A stretch of DNA of 64,000 nt from Armatimonadota bacterium (GTDB taxonomy: Bacteria > Armatimonadota > SYMT01), in contig JAWLHY010000014.1 of the NCBI GenBank assembly GCA_041690135.1, positions 1-64,000 of the forward strand, in the 5' to 3' direction. Below are positions 1 through 10,100 of the stretch, piece by piece; positions within the stretch are counted from its first letter, which is position 1; each line of letters starts with the position of its first letter. The notes under the pieces were generated by a model. It was not told where the DNA came from and ran no database searches. It saw nothing but the letters and a program-made list of their open reading frames with translations. Position numbers and translations under genes: made by a program.

Positions 1-57
1 CTGTAAGGTCAGCAATGGCTTGAGGGCACCCGTACTAATCGGCCGAGGGCTTGATCA
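1..57 (+). rRNA. rrl: 23S rRNA, 3' end (partial)
   Basis: Matches the conserved 23S 3' terminus (GTACTAATCGGCCGAGGGCTTGA) and lies about 240 nt upstream of a 5S gene; exact end approximate. Confidence 0.9.
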
Positions 58-145
58 TCCCTCATTTAACACGCAGCCGCAACGCCGGTGACGTGAAGAT
101 CGTCTTCTACTCCTTTCCCGCTCTACAGTCTTGAAGGTTTGATAA

Positions 146-292
146 GTATTGCGTATTCCGTAATGCGTAAGGGAACCCCCACGCGCCCGGGGCCGGCGAG
201 AGTATCGCCCGACCGCCCCGTGCGGGAGTTCCGTTCGGAGTGGCGCCGAGGCGGTCGCCGGTTCCCTTTACGCAATACGCAATACGCAGCAC
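146..292. repeat. Inverted pair of heptamer (TACGCAA) tandem repeats in the 23S-5S spacer
   Basis: 146-177 GTATTGCGTATTCCGTAATGCGTAAGGGAACC is a near-perfect reverse complement of 260-292 GGTTCCCTTTACGCAATACGCAATACGCAGCAC. Confidence 0.85.
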
Positions 293-294
293 GT

Positions 295-412
295 TTCTGG
301 TGGCAATAGCGCGGGGGAAACACCCGTTCCCATCCCGAACACGGCAGTTAAGGCCCGCTGCGCCGAGGGTACTGCCTCTTCTCAGAGGTGGAAGAGTAGG
401 TCGTCGCCAGAA
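295..412 (+). rRNA. rrf: 5S rRNA
   Basis: TTCTGGTGGC...CACCCGTTCCCATCCCGAACACGGCAGTTAAG...GAGTAGGTCGTCGCCAGAA; terminal helix and length about 118 nt fit 5S. Confidence 0.97.
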
Positions 413-420
413 TACTTTCC

Positions 421-460
421 GAACCCCGGTCTCCCCTGGAGACCGGGGTTCGTTGTTTTC
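421..460 (+). terminator. Intrinsic terminator of the rRNA operon (possibly bidirectional)
   Basis: 14-bp stem GAACCCCGGTCTCC/GGAGACCGGGGTTC followed by GTTGTTTT. Confidence 0.85.
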
Positions 461-463
461 TGC

Positions 464-1387
464 TTACTCTTCGGCGAGCAGTGCTTCCATGCCCAGGTAA
501 CCGGCCAGGAAGAGCCCGAGGGAGTGGAGCGGGTCGCCTGCCGCATCTCCGGCAGCGTAGGAGCGGAAGAGCTTTCGCAAACGTTTCTCGCGGTAGCCAT
601 CCACCTTCCACATCGTCAGCGTTTCTCCCCGGCTCGGCGTGCCTCGCTCCGGCTGTTGCCAGAATCCAGCTTCCAGTTGCGCCTGGACTTCCCCCCATTG
701 GCCGTCGCTCAGGGTAGTCGACTCCGTGTGGGTGGACTGGTACTTGTCGTCATCGTCCATCTCACTGCGTTTTCCGGTGATCCGGTGGATACCATCCCCG
801 TTTTCGACGCGCAGGCGAACCTCCACAGCGCTCCGGAGCCGCACGCCGTCCTGGAATGCACCCCTCCGGGTCCACTTCGCGTCGTACCACTCGGTCAGGA
901 GTGGGAGTACCTCGTAGACCTGGTCCTCGTTGTAGGTGTGGTACCGCCAGGGGCTGAGGGGTGAGGAGCGTACTGCTCCCGGCATGAGATCTCCCCATTG
1001 AGAGTTGATGTGCTGCGCCGGCTTCTGGACGATTTTGGACCAGGTAACGGAGGGGCCGAAAGCCCGTATTACGGTATGGGAACTGTCCCACGTACCAAAG
1101 CGTTTGTCGCGTGGCAGCCAGAGGAGAAGCCCCTCCGGCTCGTAGTCCCCGGTACAGGCACCGATGAGGTCCACCGCCTCGACGAGGTAGCAACCCCCTT
1201 CGCCGCCGCGAGGATCCTTTTCCGCGACCTCTGTGCTCTGGGTGTCCATCGGAAAAAGCTGGATCTTCAGCGTCTCGAGGGAACGGAGTGTCACGCCTCC
1301 TGCTTCGCAGGTGGCGGGGTCGTATTCTAGCTGTCTACCTTCGCGGAGAAAGGTAACAAGATCTTCAGGAAGGTTGAGTTCGGCCAT
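464..1387 (-). CDS. Hypothetical protein, N-terminus resembles SMI1/KNR4(SUKH)-like proteins
   Basis: 307-aa ORF with normal composition; starts LNLPEDLVTFLREG; family call tentative. Confidence 0.7.
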   Translation of the reverse strand: MAELNLPEDLVTFLREGRQLEYDPATCEAGGVTLRSLETLKIQLFPMDTQSTEVAEKDPRGGEGGCYLVEAVDLIGACTGDYEPEGLLLWLPRDKRFGTWDSSHTVIRAFGPSVTWSKIVQKPAQHINSQWGDLMPGAVRSSPLSPWRYHTYNEDQVYEVLPLLTEWYDAKWTRRGAFQDGVRLRSAVEVRLRVENGDGIHRITGKRSEMDDDDKYQSTHTESTTLSDGQWGEVQAQLEAGFWQQPERGTPSRGETLTMWKVDGYREKRLRKLFRSYAAGDAAGDPLHSLGLFLAGYLGMEALLAEE

Positions 1388-1783
1388 GGGTGAGATAGTA
1401 GTGAGAAGTCTAGCGGACGGTTGGTTGCCGGGACAGGCTCGACAATGTCCCCTGCAGCTAGAAGCAGGGGATGCAGCACTCGTTCGGCGAGAAATCGCCT
1501 GACTCCTTCACCCCACCGCGAGCAAAGCAACGCACGTTTCGGTTCCCTTCTGTGGTCGATCCGTACCGCCAGGAAGTCACTGGCAAGCGCGAAGTGCGGG
1601 TTTGGGATGGGATTCATGCGGCCGCCGGGCGCAACTTCTCAACACTCGTCGTGAAACCGGGGGGAGCAGGCGTGTCATAATTCTTTATAGGGGTTCTTCC
1701 TTCTGCTGCACGCCGAACCCCGCATCCGAGGAAGGCGAACCGATGGTGTTTTCGTCCATTTTCCGTGTGAGGGGGTCCCGTTG

Positions 1784-4700
1784 ATGAGGTCCGCCGTCCC
1801 CGTTCTCGCCGCGCTGCTGCTGGCCGCGGGCATCTCCGCCGCCGGTGTTTCGGCGCCACGCACCGCCGCAAAGGCCAAAGCGGCGCCCGCATCTGCCGAT
1901 CGCACCCGAGCCGGGCTGGAGCAGCGGCTCAACTCCACCGTCAAGCCGTATCTCCAGGCCTACTGTGTTTCGTGTCACGGACAGGTTCAGCCGCAGGCGC
2001 AGCTCGATCTCAGCGGGTACGGTAGCCTGGCCTCGGTGGTGCGCGACTATGCGCATTGGGGCCTCGTGCTGGAGAAGCTCCATTCCAAGGAAATGCCCCC
2101 AGTCGGCTCCAAACAACCCCCGGCCGCGCAGACGGAAAAGGTGATGGCGTGGGTACGGGAGATGCGCAAGTACGAGGCGCAGCGCAACGCCGGCGATCCC
2201 GGGTTGGTGCTGGCCCGGCGCTTGAGCAACGCGGAGTACGACTACACGATCCGCGACCTCACCGGCCAGGACCTGCGCCCGACCCGAGAATTCCCCGTCG
2301 ACCCCGCCAACCAGGAAGGTTTCGACAACTCCGGCGAGTCGCTCACCGTTTCCCCCGCCCTCATGAAGAAATACATGCAGGCGGCCCGCACGGTGGCAGA
2401 CCACCTGGTGCTCAAGTCGGACGGCCTGACCTTCGCGTCCCACCCAGCCCTCGTGATCACGGACCGCGACAAGTATTCGATCCTCCGGATCGTCGATTTC
2501 TACAAGAAGCAGCCTACCGACTATGCGGACTACTTCCAGGCGGCGTGGCGCTACCGGCACCGCGCCGCCCTCGGCCGGCCGAACGACACCCTGGCATCCG
2601 TGGCCGCCGCGACGAAGGTCAGCCCCCGCTATCTGGAGCTGATCTGGTCCACTCTCACGGAAGCGCCGGACAAGGTCGGACCGATCCCGAAGCTGCAGAC
2701 GATGTGGAACGCCCTGCCGGCTCCGGAAGGCGGCAACGCGGAGAAGGCGCGCGCCGGTTGCGAGGCGATGCGGGAGTTCGTGACCGAACTGCGTCCGATG
2801 GTGGCCTCGCGGTTCACAAACCTGCAACTCCCCGGCTTCTCTCCCGGTGGGCAGTGGAACCTCCTCTGGAAGGACCGCCAGTACGCCGCTAACCGACGCA
2901 CACTCAATCCGGAGCCGCTGCAGATCGGTGGTCAGCCCCAGCCCGCCTCGGTGGACCCCCGCCACCGACCGCGCCGCAGGCCCCGCAACATGAACCAGCC
3001 GCCGGCGAACAACGCCCTGATGGATGTCGAGCCGGACCTCTTCGTTCCCGCGGATGAGAAGGAGCGCGCTCCCTATCTCGAGTCGTTCAAGCGGTTCTCC
3101 AGCGTGTTTCCCGACGCGTTCTACATCGCCGAGCGTGGTCGCATGGAGTTCTACGATCCCAACGACCGAGGACGCCTGCTCAGCGCCGGCTTCCACAACA
3201 TGATGGGCTACTTCCGCGACGACCAGCCCCTGATGGAGTTGATCCTGGACGAGAACGGCCGCAAGGAGCTGGACCGCCTCTGGGTCGATTTCGACTTCGT
3301 GGCGCGCGTCCCGGAGCGGATGCACCTGGAGTTCATCTTCTACGAACGCGCGGAAGCGAAGACGATTACGGACCATGCCTTCGACTTTGCGCGGTCCGAG
3401 GATAAGGAAGCCACGACAGACGCCAAGATCCGCCGGCTGGCCGAAGTCTACCTCGCCAAGGCGCGCTCGCGGGTCACCAATCCGGCGGTCCACAACGCCG
3501 CCATCGAGGCGATGGAGGATCACTTCCGCCGCACCTCCGCCAAGATCCGGGCGATCGAGAAGATCCGGGCCGCCGCGGAGCCGCTGCACCTCCAGTCGCT
3601 CGTCGACTTCACCCGCCGCGCCTACCGGCGTCCGCTCACGTCGGCGGAACGCGAAGATTTGCTGGGCTTCTACCGCACCCTGCGCGAAAAAGAGGGTCTG
3701 ACCCATGAGGATGCCGTCCGCGACACGCTCGTCAGCGTGCTGATGTCGCCGAAGTTCCTCTTCCGTGTCGACCTGGAGGAAACTGCCGCGGCAGTGGCGC
3801 CGGAGGCGGGCCCTCGCTCCGGCGGTACGGCGAAGACGGTCGCGGCAACGAAAACCGCGCCGGCAGCCCGACAGTCGGATGGCACGGTGGTGAAGCCTCT
3901 CTCGGACTACGCGCTCGCCAGCCGGTTGAGCTATTTCCTTTGGTCGAGCGCACCCGACGACGAATTGCTGGCGAAGGCGGCGGCCGGCGAGCTTCGCCGT
4001 CCGGAAGTCCTGGCCGCCCAGGCGCGCCGGATGCTGAAGGACCCCCGCGTCCGGCGACTGGCCGTGGAGTTCGGCGCCAACTGGCTGGATTTCCGCCGCT
4101 TCGAAGAGCACAACGGCGTGGACCGCCAGCGCTTCCCCAGTTTCAGCGACGAGCTGCGCCAGGCCATGTTCGAGGAGCCGGTCCACTTCCTGATGGATAG
4201 CTTCCAGCAGGATCGCTCTCTGCTGGACCTGCTTTACGGCAAGCACACCTTTGTGAATGCGGTCCTCGCCCGCCACTACGGGATGAAAGAGGTGAAGGTG
4301 GCGGGAGACGATTGGGTGCGCGTGGACGACGCCGAGCGCTACGGCCGGGGCGGGCTGCTCCCGATGTCGGTGTTCCTCACCCAGAATTCCTCCGGCCTCC
4401 GCACGAGCCCCGTCAAGCGCGGCTACTGGGTGGTTCGGAAGGTGCTGGGCGAGCACATCCCTCCCCCACCCCCCACGGTGGCCGAGCTGCCGAAGGATGA
4501 GGGCCAGTTGGGCGACAAGACGCTGCGGCAGGTACTGGAGAAGCATCGCGAGGACCCGGCCTGCGCGGGCTGCCACGCACGCTTCGACTCCTACGGCCTG
4601 GTGTTCGAGGGGTACGGCCCCATCGGGGACCAGCGGACAAAGGACCTCGGCGGCAAGCCGGTCGATGCGAGTGCTCCCTTCCCCGGAGGCCGCGACCGCG

Positions 4701-4948
4701 TGGGTCTCGAAGGGCTGCGGGCCTTCCTCCGGGAGAAGCGTGAGGCGGACTTCGTGAACAACTTCAGCCGCAAGCTGCTCTCCTACTCGCTCAGCCGGGG
4801 CCTTCAGGCCTCCGACGACCCGTTCCTGGCGAAAGTGCAGCAGGAGCTGGCGTCCGATGGCTACCGTCTCGGCGCCCTCGTGGAGAAGATCGTCACCAGC
4901 AAGCAGTTCCGCTACCGCCGCTCCACTCCGGCGGTAGCACAGAACTAA
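1784..4948 (+). CDS. DUF1592-family protein (DUF1587/1595/1592/1588/1585) with c-type haem motifs
   Basis: Signal peptide; CVSCH; RRLSNAEYDYTIRDL; AYRRPLT; LASRLSYFLWSSAPD; TSPVKRG; CAGCH. Confidence 0.93.
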   Translation: MRSAVPVLAALLLAAGISAAGVSAPRTAAKAKAAPASADRTRAGLEQRLNSTVKPYLQAYCVSCHGQVQPQAQLDLSGYGSLASVVRDYAHWGLVLEKLHSKEMPPVGSKQPPAAQTEKVMAWVREMRKYEAQRNAGDPGLVLARRLSNAEYDYTIRDLTGQDLRPTREFPVDPANQEGFDNSGESLTVSPALMKKYMQAARTVADHLVLKSDGLTFASHPALVITDRDKYSILRIVDFYKKQPTDYADYFQAAWRYRHRAALGRPNDTLASVAAATKVSPRYLELIWSTLTEAPDKVGPIPKLQTMWNALPAPEGGNAEKARAGCEAMREFVTELRPMVASRFTNLQLPGFSPGGQWNLLWKDRQYAANRRTLNPEPLQIGGQPQPASVDPRHRPRRRPRNMNQPPANNALMDVEPDLFVPADEKERAPYLESFKRFSSVFPDAFYIAERGRMEFYDPNDRGRLLSAGFHNMMGYFRDDQPLMELILDENGRKELDRLWVDFDFVARVPERMHLEFIFYERAEAKTITDHAFDFARSEDKEATTDAKIRRLAEVYLAKARSRVTNPAVHNAAIEAMEDHFRRTSAKIRAIEKIRAAAEPLHLQSLVDFTRRAYRRPLTSAEREDLLGFYRTLREKEGLTHEDAVRDTLVSVLMSPKFLFRVDLEETAAAVAPEAGPRSGGTAKTVAATKTAPAARQSDGTVVKPLSDYALASRLSYFLWSSAPDDELLAKAAAGELRRPEVLAAQARRMLKDPRVRRLAVEFGANWLDFRRFEEHNGVDRQRFPSFSDELRQAMFEEPVHFLMDSFQQDRSLLDLLYGKHTFVNAVLARHYGMKEVKVAGDDWVRVDDAERYGRGGLLPMSVFLTQNSSGLRTSPVKRGYWVVRKVLGEHIPPPPPTVAELPKDEGQLGDKTLRQVLEKHREDPACAGCHARFDSYGLVFEGYGPIGDQRTKDLGGKPVDASAPFPGGRDRVGLEGLRAFLREKREADFVNNFSRKLLSYSLSRGLQASDDPFLAKVQQELASDGYRLGALVEKIVTSKQFRYRRSTPAVAQN

Positions 4949-4957
4949 CGCTGCCGC

Positions 4958-4999
4958 CCCGGCGAAGCGCGGAAGCGCTTCCGCGCTTCGCCGGGTTTT
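4958..4999 (+). terminator. Perfect 38-bp palindrome followed by TTTT (terminator-like)
   Basis: CCCGGCGAAGCGCGGAAGC|GCTTCCGCGCTTCGCCGGG then TTTT. Confidence 0.7.
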
Positions 5000-5240
5000 G
5001 GGGCTTGTCGTCGCGAGTCGTGGTCACTTGTTGCCGAGAAAACCGGGGGGAGTGACAGCGCACCGTCCAGGTAGTAAGAAGATTGGAAGTTACCCAGCCG
5101 ATTGCTGGGCGAAGGATTGGGAGTCCCCAGAATCTCAATCTCCCGTGGTTCGTCAGTGAAGACCTTTAATGAAACCCCGGCGGCCAGCCGGTCTCATACG
5201 AACTTGAGGGTCCGCTGCTTTTGCGAGTGAACTGAACGCT

Positions 5241-6584
5241 ATGTCTAATCCGCACGAGAGATCTGCCCGCCCGCTCACCCGCCGCATCTTCCTCCGCGGC
5301 GCCGGCGTCGTTATGGCTCTGCCGTGGCTGGAGTCCGCGCCCGTGTGGGGTGCTCCGGTCGCGAAGCCCGCTTCGTCCAGCACGCCGCCGCAGCGGTTCG
5401 TGGTGCAGTTCATGGGTACCGGCATCAGCCCGAGCAGTTGGTGGGCGAAGGGCGATGGCGCCGCGATGGAGCTGGGTCCCAGCCTTCAGCCGCTCGAGCC
5501 GTTCAAGAGCAAGCTCAACGTCATCAACGGGCTGTTCAACAAGCCATCCGTGGGTGTCGGCATCCACCCCGGCATGACCGGCAACATCCTCTCCGGAATG
5601 CCCCTCACCCGCGGCACCGTGTTGCGGGGCGGCATCAGCATGGACCAGGTGCTGGCCATGCGCCTGGGTCAGGAGTCGGTGCAGCCCAGCCTGGTGCTAG
5701 CGTGCGAGCAGCCTCTCACCGGCTTCCACGAGTCGAACTTCTCGATGGCCTACAGCTCGCACATCTCCTGGCAGAGCGCCGATTCCCCGGTGCCGACGGA
5801 GGTCTACCCGTCCCTGGCCTTCGACAGCCTCTTCGAGAACAGCGGCAGCCAGCGCAACGCCAGCATCCTGGACCGCGTGAGTAGCGAGGCCGCCAGCCTT
5901 CGCCGCAAGATCAGCGCCTCGGACCGGGCGAAGCTGGACGAGTACCTCAACAGCGTGCGGGAAGTAGAGCAGCGCGCCCAGCGGATGCGGACAGAGGCCA
6001 CCAAGGCCGCCGACCGCGCCGCGAACCAGGGCAAACCGATGCTGGCCATGAAACGGCCCGACAACGGGCTGCCGGAAGACATCCGGGAGCACATGCGGCT
6101 GATGTGCGACATCGTGGCGCTAGCCATCCAGACCGACAAGACCCGCATTGCCAGCATGCTGATGTGTCGCGACCTCTCCGGCCTCTTCTACCCGTTCTTG
6201 GAGGTTCGCGACTCCCACCACATTGCCTCGCACAGCGACGAGAGCAAGGGTTATCAGCAGATCACCCACCTTTACACCACGCAGCTCGCCTATCTCGCCG
6301 GCAAGCTGGACGCGATGAAGGAGGGGGAAGGCACGGTGCTGGACAACACCTGCATCCTGTGGCTCTCCAATATGTTCTCCGGATCCCGCCACGACAACAC
6401 CCACCTGCCGGTGCTCACCGTCGGCGGCATGCAGGGTAAGCTGCAGACCGGGCGGGTGCTCAACTACCGGGACCAGGGTGACGAGAACCGCAAGCTCTGC
6501 AGCCTCTACCTCTCGCTGATGGACCGCATGGGAGTGCAACTCGACAAATTCGGCGACGCCAACACCCGCCTCGCCGGCCTGTAA
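5241..6584 (+). CDS. DUF1552 (HXXSH-type) domain protein, Tat-exported
   Basis: TRRIFLRGAG twin-Arg leader; SMDQVLA; YSSHISW; HHIASH; usual partner of DUF1592. Confidence 0.93.
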   Translation: MSNPHERSARPLTRRIFLRGAGVVMALPWLESAPVWGAPVAKPASSSTPPQRFVVQFMGTGISPSSWWAKGDGAAMELGPSLQPLEPFKSKLNVINGLFNKPSVGVGIHPGMTGNILSGMPLTRGTVLRGGISMDQVLAMRLGQESVQPSLVLACEQPLTGFHESNFSMAYSSHISWQSADSPVPTEVYPSLAFDSLFENSGSQRNASILDRVSSEAASLRRKISASDRAKLDEYLNSVREVEQRAQRMRTEATKAADRAANQGKPMLAMKRPDNGLPEDIREHMRLMCDIVALAIQTDKTRIASMLMCRDLSGLFYPFLEVRDSHHIASHSDESKGYQQITHLYTTQLAYLAGKLDAMKEGEGTVLDNTCILWLSNMFSGSRHDNTHLPVLTVGGMQGKLQTGRVLNYRDQGDENRKLCSLYLSLMDRMGVQLDKFGDANTRLAGL

Positions 6585-6611
6585 CGGAGCCCCTCTCAAA
6601 CACACCAGGAT

Positions 6612-6654
6612 AACAGGACACGGGGTGGCGCGAGCCGGCCCGTGTCCTGTTTTG
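6612..6654 (+). terminator. Intrinsic terminator
   Basis: AACAGGACACGGG...CCCGTGTCCTGTT then TT, just after the stop codon. Confidence 0.7.
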
Positions 6655-6681
6655 ATGGGGGGCCTCCCCATTCCAGAGCCC

Positions 6682-7182
6682 ATGATGGAAACCGGCGAAG
6701 AGGGTTGCTTCGATGTGTTCTTCTCGATCCTGCTGCGGATAGCCCCGGCCTTCGAGCCGAGTTGGAGCTGTCACATCCATCCCGCAGGTCCCGGTTACGT
6801 CGTGAAAGTGATCTCCGGAGAACCTTCTCAGGCGCCGCACTGGAGTGAGGAGTGGCCGTTCGAGCATCCCCTGCCGGAGACCGAGTTCCAGCGTCTGGTA
6901 GAGAAGGCGCGAGCGCTAACCGTACCGGTCGCACCACCCCCCGCGCTGGGAAAGGACGGGCCCCTCTTCCCTCACAGGGCGGGTCCTACTAACAGAGAGC
7001 AATGGGCTCCAACTTCCGTTCTATTTGACGCCGAAGTTGCGGACGTTTTGTGCCCGTCTGGTATACACTCTCGGCAACCGCCCGAAAGAGCCGGCGGGAA
7101 GGGGCACCACGACCGGGGTCCCAGCCGACCGGCGCCGGGCTTGTCGCCGTTGCTGCTGTTTGTAGTAGGACCCACGCAATGA
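6682..7182 (+). CDS. Possible hypothetical protein or truncated gene
   Basis: First ~95 aa look protein-like; the remainder is low-quality and runs into the next gene. Confidence 0.3.
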   Translation: MMETGEEGCFDVFFSILLRIAPAFEPSWSCHIHPAGPGYVVKVISGEPSQAPHWSEEWPFEHPLPETEFQRLVEKARALTVPVAPPPALGKDGPLFPHRAGPTNREQWAPTSVLFDAEVADVLCPSGIHSRQPPERAGGKGHHDRGPSRPAPGLSPLLLFVVGPTQ

Positions 7183-10100
7183 CGCTGCGTCTCACCTCTC
7201 GCACTGCTGCGGGTTGTCTCGCCTGCGGCCTGGCATTGGCCGGGCTCACCGTCGCCTCCTCGCACTCCTTTATCCGGAGTTCGCGCACTGCGGGGCTCGC
7301 CTCCACATCGGAAACCGATTCCCTGCGGAGAACCCTGGCCCGGTTGCCGCTCGCCTTCGAGGCGAACCGCGGACAAACCGACTCCCGGGTCCGCTATCTT
7401 TCTCGGGGACCGGGATACACCCTCTTCCTCACGGGCGACGAGGCGGTGCTCCGCCTGCGGAAGGTGGATGCGTCGGATCAGGCGGCGCAGGCTGCCGCGA
7501 CCGTGCGGATGCGTCTGCAGGGGGCTAACCGGAAGCCGGTGGTCGAGCCTGAAGCTCCGCTTCCCGGTCGCACGCATTACTACCTCGGCAACAACCCGGC
7601 GTCCTGGCGGAGTGACGTCGAGCGATATGCGCGGGTCCGTTATGAAAGTGTCTACCCGGGGGTGGACCTCGTCTATTACGGTCGCGAAGGCGAGTTGGAG
7701 TACGACTACATCGTCCAGCCGGGCGCCGATCCGGGGCAGATCCGCCTGCAGATCGAAGGCGCGGAAGGCGCTGCCCTGGATGCGGAGGGGAACCTCCTGC
7801 TGCGGACGCCCGCGGGTGTCCTCCGGCAGCAGCGGCCGTTCGTCTACCAGGAGATCGACGGTGCGCAACAACAGGTTGCCGGCCGGTACCTCCTGGCTGA
7901 GGCCCCCCCGGGGCAGGAGGTGGGTATCTCCTTTGCACTGGGGAGCTACGATCGGTCCCGCCCGCTGGTGATCGATCCGGTCCTCTCCTACTCCACTTAC
8001 CTGGGCGGGAGCGGCGCGGACCTCGGCACCGATATCGAGGTGGACGCGGAAGGCTATATCTACGTCACCGGGCGCACTGCTTCCGTGAACTTTCCGGTGG
8101 CGAACCCGCTGCAGGGTTATGGGGGCGGGACTACGACCAGCAATGACGGCACGGATACCTTCGTCTCCAAGCTGACCCCCGCGGGGGATGCCCTCGTTTT
8201 CTCCACCTACTTGGGCGGCTCCGGCCTGGATCTTGCGAACGGGCTTTCGCTCGACCCCGACCGGGGCGTCTACATAGCGGGCCAGACCAGCTCCTACAAC
8301 TTCCCCACCCAGACGGGGGTCCAACCGACCTACGGCGGCGGCACGTACGACGCATTCCTGACGAAGCTGGACTCCGCCGGCCTTCTGGTCTTTTCCACCT
8401 ACCTGGGCGGAGCCGCGGGGGACATCGGCTGGACGGTGCTTCACGACGGCCAGGGAAGCGTCTTCCTGGGCGGGAGCACCTACTCTCTGAACTTCCCCAC
8501 GCAGAACGCGCTGCAAGCAACGCACGCCAACACCGGCACCAACACCGCCTCCCTGGAGGATGCCTTCATCACGAAGGTGAGCAGAGATGGGGCTGTGCTT
8601 CAGTTCTCCACCTACCTGGGCGGCACCGGACGCGATAGCTGTCAGGGACTGGCCCTGGACCCCGGCGGCAACCTGTGCGTGGGCGGCGACACGACCTCCA
8701 CGAACTTCCCCGTCACCGCGGGAGCCAAGCAGCCCGTGCACGCCGGCCGGACCGACGCCTTCTACACCAAGCTCACCGCGGACGGTGCGGCCCGGCTTTA
8801 CGCCACCTTCTTCGGCGGCAACTATGAAGACCGGCTTTACGGCTTTGGGACGGACGGGCAGGGGAACATCTATCTTTCGGGGTTCACCTTCTCCACGAAC
8901 CTGCCCACGACGTTCGGTGCGATCCGGACCGTCTACCAGGGCGGCAATTCGGACGGGTTCCTGGCCAAGTTGAACGCGGCGGGAGACAGCTACGCCTATG
9001 TTACCTACCTGGGTGGCAGCGGCAGCATTGAGTACGCCTATGATGTTGCGCCGGACAGCTTTGGGAATGTCTACGTGGCGGGCTTCACGGACTCCTACAA
9101 TTTTCCGCTCGCCTCGCCCTACCAGGAATACAGCAACAGCCAGGATATCTTCGTGATGCGCCTGGACCCCACCGGCCGGCCGCTCTACTCCACTTACCTG
9201 GGCGGGATGCACGACAACGCGCCGGACTTCGCCTATGCCATCGCGGCGGACGCCGCCGGAAACGCTTACATCACCGGCCGCACCTACGCCCGCAACTGGC
9301 CACTGGTGAACCCCCTCCAGGCCGCGAGCGGGGGTCCGAGCACGGGCGATGCCTTCGTGGTAAAGCTCTCGCCTCTCCACACGACGGCGCCGGACCTGTT
9401 CCAGGCGCGGGCGCTCTCTCCCACGGAAGCCCTGCTGAGCTGGAACGACCGGAGCGACAACGAGATCGGTTTCTCCCTGGAGCGTTCCACCAACGCCGTC
9501 AATTACTCCGTGCTCGCCAACCTGCCTCCGGACACGACCAGCTACGTCGATCCCGGCCGCAATCCAGGCTCCACCTACTGGTACCGCCTCCGGGCGTTCA
9601 ACGGGGAGGGCTACACGAACTACGCCTCGGGAGCCGTGACGATGCCCACGGATCCCCCCGCCGCGCCGACGAACCTGACGGTGACAGCCGTATCCTCCAG
9701 CGTGCTGCGGCTCACCTGGACGGATAACAGCAACAATGAGACCCGCTTCGACGTCTACCGCTCGAGCGATGGCGGGGCCAACTTCGCCATCATCCAGTAC
9801 CTGGGGGCGAATGTTACCACTTACGACGATCAGAACCTGGCGCCGGACACCGTCTACCACTACATCGTCTACGCCTCCAACACCAACGCCAACACGCCCT
9901 CCAACACCGCCTCCGGTCGGACCTTGCCGAACCCGCCCGCCGCACCGAACGGCCTGGGGGCGACGGCTGTCTCTGCTTCGCAGATTAACCTGAGCTGGAC
10001 GGACGCCAGCACCAATGAAGCGGGCTTCCGGCTGGAGCAGTCTTCCGATGGGACCTCTTTCGGTCAGATCGCCGAGCTTGGAGCCAACGCAACCAGTTAC

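Noticed and set aside
178-259. tRNA in the rRNA spacer
   Set aside because: No convincing cloverleaf, T-loop consensus or acceptor stem
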